Shown here one piece after another: positions 28,904 to 39,020 of a stretch of DNA of 64,000 bases. The translations under genes were made by a program, and so were the position numbers. This DNA comes from an uncultured archaeon (GTDB lineage: Archaea > Thermoproteota > Bathyarchaeia > Bathyarchaeales > Bathycorpusculaceae), in contig CAWENF010000021.1 in assembly GCA_963810275.1 (NCBI GenBank), forward strand, positions 32,001 to 96,000, written 5' to 3'. Under the pieces are notes generated by a model that did not search any database, was not told the origin of the DNA, and saw nothing but the letters and a program-made list of their open reading frames with translations. Each line of letters begins with the position of its first letter. The stretch's first letter is position 1.

Positions 28904-29356
28904 ATCGTCTCTTTTGTAAAACCTTTAAGGGTTAAATCCAACTTAGGTTCATTTGTTTTTCCAATATTCAGTCAAATCTACTATTGGTGACTGTGTTTAA
29001 GCTATCACACAGTCTTAAAGGCAGATTTCCGAAGAATAAACTATGGGTAAAATTGGAAAAACCCATGCAGAAAATACCTTGTTTTTATCAAAGACACTTA
29101 CAAAAGATGAACCCAACCGATGAGAGGAACAAATATTGAGTCATCATGAAGTTTTTATGGATACTGCATTGCCTGATTCTTTTCCAAGCATACAACAACG
29201 AAAACAATCTACATTTCGCAGGGGACATTTTACGAGAGATAAAAGACGTAGCAAAAACAAGTACTCCACCTATAATCGTTCTAAAAGAACATTCAAAAGC
29301 ATAGTTAGCATGGGCTTGTCCTACAACCTTCCCTTTTGTTTTAGGAAGCGTTTTTT

Positions 29357-30772
29357 TTGGAGTACAAATGGATAGCTGCAACTGTCACAACCATAGGCAT
29401 TTTTATGGTTGGACTTGACGCACGCATTGTGATTATAGGATTACCGCAAGTCGCTTCCCAGTTAGGTGCAGATCCAGAGCAAGCGATATGGATCACGCAA
29501 TCTTATGTTTTAACTACCACAGTCTTGCTATTGCTTATTGGACGGCTGTCAGACATTTTTGGCAGAGTCAGGATTTACTGGATGGGATTTGCCATCTTTA
29601 CAGTTGGATCAGCTCTGACCAGTCTTGGTTTTAGTCCTCTTTCAGTCATAGTGTTTAGAGCCATACAAGGAGCTGGGGGTGCTCTTGTATTCGCCAACAG
29701 CATCGCAATAGTAACAGATGCTTCACCCCGTCGGCAGCTAGGATTTTTTGTTGGATTAAACCAAATCTCCTATCGAGCGGGCGCAATAATTGGCTTAACC
29801 TTAAGCGGTTTAATTTTGTCTTTCTTCGATTGGCGGGCACTTTTTTATTTAAATATTCCTGTAGGGGTTTTTGGCACTTTTTGGGCAAGAAAACAACTAA
29901 AAGAAGTAGCTTTGTTAGATAAGAACACCAAGATTGATTGGGTTGGGTTTTGTTTATTTGCAGTTTTCCTTTTAGCCTTAATGATTGCGTTAACAATTAG
30001 CGCTTATAGCGCTACTGGACTAGCGCCTGTAGTGGGGCTATTTTCGTTATCAGGGATTTTTTTGGTGTTGTTTGTTTTATGGGATAAAAATAGCAGCTAT
30101 CCACTGGTTGATTTTAAAATGTTCAAGATAAGGGAAGTTACGGGTGGGGTTGTTGCTGTCCTGCTTAACGTGATTGCTTGGGCAGCTATGCTTCTACTTC
30201 TAAGCCTCCAGTTTCAATTGGTCAATAATCAGACTCCGCTTGAGGCAGGGATTAGCATACTTCCTTTTGAGATTTCTTTTTTAGCTGTTGGTCCACTAAG
30301 TGGAACTTTATCTGATAGATTTGGGTACTCCCGGTTTATTCTAACCGGCTTAGGCTTAGGAAGCATCACGCTTTTTCTGCTATCAACAACTGGCGCTACT
30401 ACTTCGTACCCTATACTGGCTCTATATATGGTTCTAATGGGAATAGCAACTGGATTGTTTCTTGCACCAAACTTGCGGTCTGTAATGGGTGCTCTTCCCA
30501 TGCAGAGACGAGGAGTTGGTTCCGCTTTGGTTGCGCTTTTTCTAAATATAGGATTAACAATTAGTCTCAACTTTGCAATACTAATAATGTCCTTGACCGC
30601 ACCTTACGAATTAATCTCAAGAATTGTTTCTGGTATAGGTTCAGTCGCTGTAACTGCAGCCCAACAAGCTCTTTTTATGGAAAGTCTCAAGTCTGCTTAT
30701 TTTGTTATTGCAATCGTTAACGCCTTAGCTATTATTCCCTCGGTTCTCCAAATCAATAAGAGAGCACAATAA
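29357..30772 (+). CDS. MFS transporter (DHA2, 14-TM)
   Basis: GRLSDIFGR, FRAIQGAGGA, WRALFYLNIPVG. Confidence 0.9.
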   Translation: MEYKWIAATVTTIGIFMVGLDARIVIIGLPQVASQLGADPEQAIWITQSYVLTTTVLLLLIGRLSDIFGRVRIYWMGFAIFTVGSALTSLGFSPLSVIVFRAIQGAGGALVFANSIAIVTDASPRRQLGFFVGLNQISYRAGAIIGLTLSGLILSFFDWRALFYLNIPVGVFGTFWARKQLKEVALLDKNTKIDWVGFCLFAVFLLALMIALTISAYSATGLAPVVGLFSLSGIFLVLFVLWDKNSSYPLVDFKMFKIREVTGGVVAVLLNVIAWAAMLLLLSLQFQLVNNQTPLEAGISILPFEISFLAVGPLSGTLSDRFGYSRFILTGLGLGSITLFLLSTTGATTSYPILALYMVLMGIATGLFLAPNLRSVMGALPMQRRGVGSALVALFLNIGLTISLNFAILIMSLTAPYELISRIVSGIGSVAVTAAQQALFMESLKSAYFVIAIVNALAIIPSVLQINKRAQ

Positions 30773-30971
30773 GCCTTTGAAAATCATTTAAAACAGCTAA
30801 TTACAGGAAAGTGAGAAAACAAAAAAATATAACAAATAATCTGAAAACTTAAAAACTCGCTTATAAGTCTATTTCTGAATTGGAATCAGTCAATCATGTG
30901 GTAGGTAATTGCCTCCAACAAAGCTATTTACAACCCCGCTTGCTTGTTTAATTTTAGTTGGAGGTTTTGTA

Positions 30972-31289
30972 ATGCTTGAAGGATGGGAATGGATAATCGT
31001 AGGTATAGTCGCTGTAGTAATTATTATATGGGGACCAACAAAAATTCCAGAGTTCGCCAAAGCATTAGGCAAAGCGAGGGGCGAATTCAGCAAAGCAACT
31101 AAAGAATTCACCCAAGCTGCAGCAGAGGTAGAACATGCAAAAACCGTTAATCCAAAAAACACCTCAAAAATAAGAGAGGAAGAATTAATTGAAACTGCTC
31201 AGAAACTTGGGATACCAACAGAGGGTAAAACGAGAGAGCAAATTTCAAGCGAAATATCCGCCAAAATAGGGCTTCTAACCGCGCAGTAA
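30972..31289 (+). CDS. tatA: Twin-arginine translocase TatA/E
   Basis: MLEGWEWII...WGPTKIPEFAKALGKARGEF. Confidence 0.88.
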   Translation: MLEGWEWIIVGIVAVVIIIWGPTKIPEFAKALGKARGEFSKATKEFTQAAAEVEHAKTVNPKNTSKIREEELIETAQKLGIPTEGKTREQISSEISAKIGLLTAQ

Positions 31290-31330
31290 GTAATTTTACT
31301 CTTCATAGCGTAAAATAGTTTGAATCGGGA

Positions 31331-32216
31331 GTGTTCATGCTTAGGGACGTAAATTCTTTTTGGGGACACATAAATGAGCTTACTAAGCGCATGAAAGTTG
31401 TCCTAATCAATTTTTTGGTAGCCACCTTCATTATGCTTTTGTTACCATCAAATGCTGATTTTTTGGGAACAACAAGCAACTATAAACCTTTGGTCTCAGT
31501 TTTTTTAAACACCGCCCGAAACTACGCGCTACCAGACAACGTTACACTATATGCTATTCAAATATCTGATCCAATTACATTGTATGCGGTTGCAGCAGTC
31601 CTTTTCGGAGCCGTCTTCACACTACCAGTATTCAGCTACGAAATCTACAAATTCGTAGACCCCGCACTTTTCGAAAACGAAAAAAAGTCTGTGTACCCAT
31701 TCGTAGCCATAGTTTCAGTCCTTTTCGCTATAGGAGCTATATTCGGATTCGTTTTTCTGTTTCCAACATTCATAAGCGCCATGTTTCCTTTCTTCTCTGC
31801 GGTGGGTGCGGAACTCATGTTCTCAATAATTGATTTCTACAACCTTTTCTTCTTCACCATAGTAATAAGCGGCTTCATATTTACAATCCCACCCTTCTTC
31901 GTGCTGCTCGTAAAATTCAACATAATAAAAACAAGCATGTTCAAAAATAAACGCAAATGGATCTATATAGGCATGGGAATCGCTGCACTTTTCATTTCAC
32001 CAGGTGCAACACCCCAGGGGGATCTTGTCTTGTTTTTGGCTCTGGCGGGACTCTTTGAAACTAGACATCCTAGTTGCAAGACGCTATGAATCGCCCGCTG
32101 AATCACCAAGCATACTTATGTCTTTTATTTCACCGCCAAAAAAATGCAGCTATTGCAAAGCGGAAGTAGATGACTCTACTGTTTTCTGCTCAAAATGTAA
32201 CCATTCAGTTAAATGA
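31331..32216 (+). CDS. tatC: Twin-arginine translocase TatC with C-terminal zinc ribbon; one frameshift near 32065
   Basis: FWGHINELTKR, YEIYKFVDPAL. Removing one base restores LFETSILVARRYES...CSYC...CSKC. Confidence 0.8.
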
Positions 32217-32408
32217 GATTTGACCAAAAGCATATGCATAGAATCCGATTATCTATCAGACGTCAATCTACCGTTTAGCTATAACATGTAAATGGGGTAT
32301 AAATTGAAACATGTGAACTGTTATTGCCTTATGGCGACAACATACCCTTATATGACTATATATTAACAGTCTTTTAGTACACTTTTACCCACGTCCCATT
32401 ATATTCTG

Positions 32409-34391
32409 GTGAAGGACTTGGATTTTTCTATAATTTTCATTATAATACTCGAAGTTTTAATGGCGGTTCTTGCAGCATGGCTTATAAAAAAGGGCTCAGA
32501 AATCAATTCGCCAAGGGAATCTTGGAAGGTGCTCTTCCCACTTGCCATGATGGTCGAGCTATTTGTCAGCATTGTCATTTACCTATACGTTCCAGAGGTA
32601 CTCGCTGGATTAGCAGTCTCCAGCATGTGGATAATGCTTGTTATAGGCTTCCTTTGCGGCATAGTGTATTTTCTTGGACCTAAGACCATGGATGAAACCG
32701 TTGGAGGGATTGTACGGGCAAAGTCCCTAATTAGCGCGTTGATCATCACCTTTGTTCTTTTGTTTGAATTATTCATGGGGTGGGCATTTGCGCTTCTTGT
32801 AGGTACAATTCCAATCTCTGTTGACTTCCAAGGAATTTATTCAGCGCTAATTAGTTCTGCAAGTTCTTTCTGGTTTATTTTCATGACATCTATTGAGATG
32901 GCAATTACTCTGTTTTTTGCAAGAAACAAGTTGCCAAAGGCATTCGTCGTGATAATGGCTTCTCAGACTTTGATAATGCTTCTTGCACCCACCTCGATTG
33001 CTAACTCTTTTTGGGTTGATTTCTCCTTGATTACTGGCAGCGCAGTTATGATTATTCTTTTTATTTACATTTTTGAATTCTTATACAAAAATCGAACTAC
33101 AAACTTGGGTGTTCTGAATTATCTGCTCTTTCTCTCGCTGGCCTATGCCTTAATGATGGCGGGTCAGTTTGTCTGGCTACTTAATGGTGACGCCACACTT
33201 TTTGTAGTGTCTATAATAGTGGAAATGGCAGTTTTCTTTGGAGTTATATTAGACGAAAGAAGACTTGCTTCTTCGCCTAGACGTTGGCAGTCAAGACCTT
33301 ACTGGGCCTTTGGAATCCTTGTTCTGTTATTTATATCCGAGTTCTTTATGGGAGCAGTCTTGGACATTCAGGCTTACGGGACAAGTTTTTTCACAAATAT
33401 GAATTTTGCTTCCGCGACAGGATCATTCATGGATGCCCTTAGCGCGGGCTTTTTCAATTTCATAACGTTCTTTAGCTCTATATCATTGTCGCCATGGTAT
33501 CTTATAATGATGGGAATAGAGATGGGAGCGCTTGTAGCTCTCAGAATAAGGTATACTCGAATACGTGAAATAAAGGTAATGTTTGCGCTTATGATTCTTG
33601 CCTATAGCCTATACACAGTACTTATACCTTATTTCATATTGCCCCAAGGAGTTCTTAGCCAAACACCATGGCTAGGTTGGAACATGGGGATAGGAACCGA
33701 AGGCGCCATTGTACCAACTATACTAACAGCGTTAATTGGCACATATCTGGTCAGCGGCATCCTTTCATTCCTTTTTGGCAGCAGGCAACTTTGCTCCGTA
33801 ATGTGCATGGCCCCTCTCATGTACCAAGGGACAACTATAGATGCCATGAAATCATTTAACGAAACCGGTCCGCTTGCACGTAGACTGCTCACCAACAAAA
33901 CCTCACTTTTTTACAAGGTGGTAGTATCGATAGTATGGCTCTCCTTGTTGGTTGGAGCAGTATTGTCCTACCTAACTGCAGTTGGAATTACAGATATCTC
34001 CGTATTTGGCATGGACCCAGCCTTTTTCCTATATTTATTATACTTTGGCTTTCTATGGTATATTTTATGGATGCTGATTCCCTTTGTCGGAACTTACGCC
34101 TGCGCGACAACTGGCATGTGTGGCTGGGGAGCATTCAACCAGCTTATATCCAGAGTGGGACTGTTTAAGCTAAAAGTAAAAGATAAATCAGTTTGTGTAC
34201 GCTGTTCAACGTGGGATTGTGCATGCGTCTGTCCTACAGGACTCACAAATTTGCCTTCCGAATTCATTGCCAAAGGTGAATATAAAAACTACAAATGCAT
34301 TGGCTGCGGGAACTGTGTCTCAGCTTGCCCATACAAAATTATGTCATTTTACGATGTAAGGCACTTCTTGAGGGAGAAGTTTCGAAATTAA
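32409..34391 (+). CDS. Multi-pass membrane protein with NapH/NosR-like Cys motifs and a C-terminal 2x[4Fe-4S] domain
   Basis: CSVMC, CATTGMC, CVRCSTWDCACVCP, CIGCGNCVSACP. Confidence 0.8.
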   Translation: MKDLDFSIIFIIILEVLMAVLAAWLIKKGSEINSPRESWKVLFPLAMMVELFVSIVIYLYVPEVLAGLAVSSMWIMLVIGFLCGIVYFLGPKTMDETVGGIVRAKSLISALIITFVLLFELFMGWAFALLVGTIPISVDFQGIYSALISSASSFWFIFMTSIEMAITLFFARNKLPKAFVVIMASQTLIMLLAPTSIANSFWVDFSLITGSAVMIILFIYIFEFLYKNRTTNLGVLNYLLFLSLAYALMMAGQFVWLLNGDATLFVVSIIVEMAVFFGVILDERRLASSPRRWQSRPYWAFGILVLLFISEFFMGAVLDIQAYGTSFFTNMNFASATGSFMDALSAGFFNFITFFSSISLSPWYLIMMGIEMGALVALRIRYTRIREIKVMFALMILAYSLYTVLIPYFILPQGVLSQTPWLGWNMGIGTEGAIVPTILTALIGTYLVSGILSFLFGSRQLCSVMCMAPLMYQGTTIDAMKSFNETGPLARRLLTNKTSLFYKVVVSIVWLSLLVGAVLSYLTAVGITDISVFGMDPAFFLYLLYFGFLWYILWMLIPFVGTYACATTGMCGWGAFNQLISRVGLFKLKVKDKSVCVRCSTWDCACVCPTGLTNLPSEFIAKGEYKNYKCIGCGNCVSACPYKIMSFYDVRHFLREKFRN

Positions 34392-34610
34392 GTGCTATTG
34401 CAAAAAAGAAAAATCTCTTTTTACAACCTGCCAATTCAACTTCATCATGTAAGCCCTAAGCGTTCTTCCAACTTGGGGAAATAAATCCCATTAACCCTTA
34501 AGTGGATGCCCGCCTGTTCACCCATGCAAGTTTTGATTTTCAAATAAGGTATAATAGGTTCGCATAACAAATTATCTTTGAAAATTCTAGAATAAAGGAA
34601 GACAAATCCT

Positions 34611-36053
34611 TTGACAAGGAAGGGATTATATATATTTTTTGCGCTTCTGCTCTTGACTAACTTAATGGCTTCAATTTTGCTTGGAACATTAAACGTTGCT
34701 GTGGCAGAGCATCAAAACAGAGTAGACGCCATGGCAACCTCTCAATCCACTGACGACTGGCCAATGTTTCACCATGACGTTTACCACTCAGGTTATTCCA
34801 CATCCGCGGCTCCAACAACAAACCAGCTCCTTTGGAAATACGAAACCGGCAATATGGTTGAATCTTCGCCTATTGTCGCCAACGGCATAGTCTATGCAGG
34901 CTCTGATGACGGTTTTGTCTACACCTTGAATTCTTCAACTGGCAAATTGATATGGAAATACTCAATAGGTCCGATGGTGGATTCTTCGCCCGCTGTTGCT
35001 AACGACGTAGTCTATATCGGAGCACTAAATCGTGATGGCAACATAAGCATCATTTATGCTTTGAACGCTACAACAGGCATTCAAATATGGAACTTAACAA
35101 CATGCGGACCTGTAGGATCTTCTCCCACTTCCGCCAATGGCACAGTTTATGTAAGCGCCTACATCGGGTTTTTTAAAGGTGCAATTTATGCTTTGACCGC
35201 CGCAACAGGCGAATTAATATGGAACTACCAAACAGATGGAGGAATGGAATCTTCTCCTGCTGTTGCCAACGGCGTAGTCTATGTTGGGTCAAATGACTGC
35301 ATGGTCTATGCTTTGAATCAAGCAAGTGGAGCATTGCTATGGAACTTCACAACGGGCGGGAGTGTGACTTCTTCTCCCTCAGTTGCTAATGGTGTTGTAT
35401 ATGTTGGTTCATGGGATGATAACGTATATGCTTTGAATGCTGTAACTGGCAAGCTATTATGGAATTATACAACAGGCTTAAATGTGGGGTCATCACCCGC
35501 AGTAGTCGATGGCGTAGTCTACATTGGTTCAGAAGACGGGAACGTATACGCTTTGAATGCAGCAACTGGATCTTTAGTATGGGAATACACAACAAAAGGG
35601 GCAGTTTGGTCATCCCCTGCAGTCATTAACGGAGTGGTCTACATAGGGTCAGAAGACAGAAACATGTATGCCTTGGATGCTAAAACAGGCACACAATTAT
35701 GGAACTTTACAACAGGTAAACAAGTAGAGTCTTCGCCCGCTGTATCCAACGGAGTAATCTATGTGGGCTCAAATGATGGTAACGTATATGCCTTTGGAAC
35801 AAACACTGTGTCATCATTAAACCCAACCTCTAATAGCTCCCTTCAGCCATCGCCCTCAGCTTCTTTCTCAACGTTACTTATTGTCATACTCGCCATTATG
35901 ATTGCTGCAGTTATAACCATAGTCATAGCTTCTCTACCATTCAAGCGGAAAGCAAAAACAAACAGAAAAGCCGACAATATCCCCGAAAAAATAGAAATGA
36001 AAATGCCAAATTGCATAAAAACAGATTTTACTCAAAGTCTCAAACCTGAATGA
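34611..36053 (+). CDS. Secreted PQQ-type beta-propeller repeat protein with C-terminal TM
   Basis: DWPMFHHD followed by repeated SSPAVANGVVYVGS.DG.VYAL.A.TG..W. Confidence 0.9.
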   Translation: MTRKGLYIFFALLLLTNLMASILLGTLNVAVAEHQNRVDAMATSQSTDDWPMFHHDVYHSGYSTSAAPTTNQLLWKYETGNMVESSPIVANGIVYAGSDDGFVYTLNSSTGKLIWKYSIGPMVDSSPAVANDVVYIGALNRDGNISIIYALNATTGIQIWNLTTCGPVGSSPTSANGTVYVSAYIGFFKGAIYALTAATGELIWNYQTDGGMESSPAVANGVVYVGSNDCMVYALNQASGALLWNFTTGGSVTSSPSVANGVVYVGSWDDNVYALNAVTGKLLWNYTTGLNVGSSPAVVDGVVYIGSEDGNVYALNAATGSLVWEYTTKGAVWSSPAVINGVVYIGSEDRNMYALDAKTGTQLWNFTTGKQVESSPAVSNGVIYVGSNDGNVYAFGTNTVSSLNPTSNSSLQPSPSASFSTLLIVILAIMIAAVITIVIASLPFKRKAKTNRKADNIPEKIEMKMPNCIKTDFTQSLKPE

Positions 36054-36553
36054 TTGAAGTAGTGTCCATTAACCCACAAGTGGTTAAATATAAAGAAAAG
36101 CTCCTTATTCTTGGGCATGTGATAATGAGCATGGACACTAGTAGTTTTACTTACATGAATAATTATCTTACTACAATATCCATTTCATTAATGCTAGTAG
36201 CTCTAGGGATCGCAATCAGCGGAATAGGTTTTGCCCGACTCAGAACCATGGAAGGACAAAAAGTTCATCGTTGGATGATGAGCGGAGGAGTCATTTTAAG
36301 CTTAATATCAATTTCCTTAGTCATGTTTCCTTCCCTGTTTATGTACTATTTAGGCGGTTACAGTATTACTTCTGGATTCTCAATTCTGCAGATAATTCAT
36401 TCAGTTGAAGGCGCTCCGGCGGTAGCATTATCTTTAATGTACCTCTTTAATGATTTACCTACACATACACGCAAATGGATGCGGATAACAGCTGTTCTAT
36501 GGATAACAAGTGTTGCACTAGGTGTAGCTGTCTATTGGACTATGCCATTTTAA
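36050..36553 (+). CDS. DUF420-like membrane protein (start may be at 36125)
   Basis: HRWMM, IHSVEG, KWMRITAVLW; paralog of 48174-48548. Confidence 0.65.
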   Translation: MIEVVSINPQVVKYKEKLLILGHVIMSMDTSSFTYMNNYLTTISISLMLVALGIAISGIGFARLRTMEGQKVHRWMMSGGVILSLISISLVMFPSLFMYYLGGYSITSGFSILQIIHSVEGAPAVALSLMYLFNDLPTHTRKWMRITAVLWITSVALGVAVYWTMPF

Positions 36554-36554
36554 C

Positions 36555-37424
36555 CTAAACCACGCCCAAAACAATTTTATCAACTACAAGACCAAGCATT
36601 AAGGCTGCCAAGTAGGGCATAGATGCAAAGAAAACCCTAAATCCGTTTGCTTCAGAGGGCACCAAAGTAAGCCTTCTACTCTCAAGCAGTAGCCAAGCAC
36701 CCCCAGACAGCGCAAACAAAGTATACATGCCTCCAGCTAACCCCAGAACGGGTAATATTAAAGTTGACGCCACGGTAGCTATGTTAAAGAAAAAAACGAT
36801 CTTTGCCGTTAACCCTAAACCCGCCGTGACAGGAAGCATAGGAATCTTAGCCCGCCGATACTCAGCTACCTTCTTGATGGCAAGCCCCCACAGATGCCCC
36901 GGCGTCCAAAGAAAATCAACCGTTGAAACCAGAAACGGCAATGCACCCACAGAGTTCGCTACAGCTGTCCAGCCTGAAAGAGCAGCAAAGCACCCTGCAA
37001 GTCCACCTATGACCACATTCCAATTGCTTGTGCGTTTCAAAAGAATGGTGTATACCAACAGGTAAAAGATTGCCCCCGAAAACATCATGACAGCAGTTAA
37101 GGCGTTGAAAAAGTAGTAGCTCATACCTAAGCCTGCTCCAATTAGAAGCACTCCAAAAATCAATCCCTTCCCAGACGTAATCTTCCCTGAAGGAATTGCC
37201 CGCTTTGAGGTTCTCTGCATGAGCAGATCAGAGTCCCGGTCGTATACACAATTCAATGCGCCGCATCCTCCACAGGCTAGGTATCCAGCAAGACAAAAAA
37301 TCGTTAAATCTAACCAATTGATTGATGGATAAGCTGCAAGGAAGAAGCAAGTTATCCCAACCAGTAGGTTAAGCAACGTCACCTTGGGTTTGGTTAACTC
37401 TAAGTACTTGAGAATTTTATCCAT
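36555..37424 (-). CDS. ctaB: Protoheme IX farnesyltransferase (heme O synthase)
   Basis: LTKPKV, DRDSDLLMQRT..RAIPSG, WTPGHLW, IPMLPV. Confidence 0.93.
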   Translation of the reverse strand: MDKILKYLELTKPKVTLLNLLVGITCFFLAAYPSINWLDLTIFCLAGYLACGGCGALNCVYDRDSDLLMQRTSKRAIPSGKITSGKGLIFGVLLIGAGLGMSYYFFNALTAVMMFSGAIFYLLVYTILLKRTSNWNVVIGGLAGCFAALSGWTAVANSVGALPFLVSTVDFLWTPGHLWGLAIKKVAEYRRAKIPMLPVTAGLGLTAKIVFFFNIATVASTLILPVLGLAGGMYTLFALSGGAWLLLESRRLTLVPSEANGFRVFFASMPYLAALMLGLVVDKIVLGVV

Positions 37425-37445
37425 TTTCTCCTTACCTTTTGGCTA

Positions 37446-37949
37446 TCATCCATAATCGGCGATAATAGTAACCGTGCCCCAAAGCCCTTTTTCAGTTTGA
37501 CCAGAAATTGGGCTTGTATAGAAAAAGGAGGTACCTACAATGTTTGGGTTAAAAACAACCGAACCGCTTTCTCCTTGCTGTAATGGATTGCTAACTGACC
37601 CTATAGCTGCATCAAAGACTACGGAAGATTCTGATCGTCGATCATTTGTGATTTGGAAAGCATGCGGCATCTTTCCAATATTAATCACCGTTAAATTGAC
37701 TAAATCACTTGTTTTAAACCTAAGAGTTGGTCCTGGAGTTGATAATTTGTTTGGTTCAGTTCCAAATCCGTATTGTGTATCAGATATTTCTCCTGCATAA
37801 AGCGTGATGTTTAATGTTGGAATCTCAGATGAAGCTGTTCCAGCAATGTAAGGTTGCTGTATAGGTAAAAGCAAGAAGAGTGCTACTGCAACGATAAGCG
37901 CAATTGCACACGCTGCTATGACAACCAATGGATAATAAGACTTGTCCAT
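37446..37949 (-). CDS. Membrane-anchored cupredoxin-fold protein lacking Cys/His/Met ligands
   Basis: PGPTL, MPHAF; C-terminal YTSPISGQTEKGLWG in place of CxxxGHxxxGM. Confidence 0.65.
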   Translation of the reverse strand: MDKSYYPLVVIAACAIALIVAVALFLLLPIQQPYIAGTASSEIPTLNITLYAGEISDTQYGFGTEPNKLSTPGPTLRFKTSDLVNLTVINIGKMPHAFQITNDRRSESSVVFDAAIGSVSNPLQQGESGSVVFNPNIVGTSFFYTSPISGQTEKGLWGTVTIIADYG

Positions 37950-37952
37950 TCC

Positions 37953-38216
37953 CTATCGCCCCACCGAAAGTATAGCCGTAACAATTAACGTGCTAATAGT
38001 AATAATTGCCAGAAGCGGAAGCAGAGATATAACTTTTTTTTCATACCGCAAATTCATAAAAAAGGCAGCATTTGTAACAGCTTGTGAGCCAGCTAAAATG
38101 AGTATACTAACAGCTTTATATTCAACTGATAGAGCGGTTGTGAAAATATAGATCTCGCCAAAAGTTGCCGCTACTAATAACCCCCAGATACTTATGTACA
38201 ATGTTTTTCTGTCCAT
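37953..38216 (-). CDS. Heme-copper oxidase subunit IV
   Basis: Three TM segments, AFFMNLRYE motif; probable start MDRK at 38216. Confidence 0.75.
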   Translation of the reverse strand: MDRKTLYISIWGLLVAATFGEIYIFTTALSVEYKAVSILILAGSQAVTNAAFFMNLRYEKKVISLLPLLAIITISTLIVTAILSVGR

Positions 38217-38227
38217 TTTTTTCACTC

Positions 38228-39019
38228 CTATATCAAATAGAAAAGCGGGAAAAGAAAAATCCAAACAATGTCGACAAACGCCCAATAGATTCCAATAAGC
38301 TCAAGCGAAGTATGCGATAAAGGCGTAAATCGACCAGCAAAGCCTTTAGCCATAAGATAGGTAAGCCCACCTAAACCTATGCCTACATGAATGGCGTGTA
38401 ACCCCATCAATGTATAGTAACTAGAAGGTGCTAGTCCCCCAGTTATTACAAATCCGTTAGCAATCTCTCGCGGCCATTCGATGGCAAGTTTAACCATCAA
38501 AAATAACGAGCCTAAAGTGAAGGCACTTAGCAGCCCCATCTTTATGCCTAGTTGATCATTTTTTCTTGCTGATTGGACAGCAAGAACCATCGCCAGACTG
38601 CTCGTTAAAAGGAAAACAGTATTTACAGCCCCAATGACGACATTATGTGTCTCTCCAGCTACTGGCCACGTTGGGCTTCCTAATCGTACATATATATATC
38701 CGAAGATTATGCAGCCAAACAACACTATCTCGGACATTAGAAAAACCCAGACACCAATTTTCTCTTTGCTGGCAGTTTCAAAGGGCCATTTTTCTCTTAC
38801 GGGCTCCTTGACTACTGCATACTTGTCATGGTAGTCGTCTATGAACCATTTTACAACAGCACCCGCGATTATCACTAACCCAGCTATTGCAAGCGGGATA
38901 AACATGATAAATCCATATAGAAAAAGAATTGTACCGATCGCGATAACTACTGGAAGAAAAGTCCGTTTTTTTGGTTCTTCATCTATGGTGTTGTCCTGTT
39001 CATTCGTAGTCGTTGACAT
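38228..39019 (-). CDS. coxC: Heme-copper oxidase subunit III
   Basis: GVWVFLMSE, NTVFLLTSS, GLHAIHV, YWAFVDIVW. Confidence 0.9.
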   Translation of the reverse strand: MSTTTNEQDNTIDEEPKKRTFLPVVIAIGTILFLYGFIMFIPLAIAGLVIIAGAVVKWFIDDYHDKYAVVKEPVREKWPFETASKEKIGVWVFLMSEIVLFGCIIFGYIYVRLGSPTWPVAGETHNVVIGAVNTVFLLTSSLAMVLAVQSARKNDQLGIKMGLLSAFTLGSLFLMVKLAIEWPREIANGFVITGGLAPSSYYTLMGLHAIHVGIGLGGLTYLMAKGFAGRFTPLSHTSLELIGIYWAFVDIVWIFLFPLFYLI

Positions 39020-39020
39020 C

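Noticed and set aside
28989-29014. Hairpin GACTGTGT-N10-ACACAGTC
   Set aside because: It is a single 8-bp stem with no second copy or clear link to a gene, and could be chance.
34850-35800. Roughly 120-bp periodic DNA repeats as an array
   Set aside because: They are the coding blades of the PQQ-type beta-propeller.
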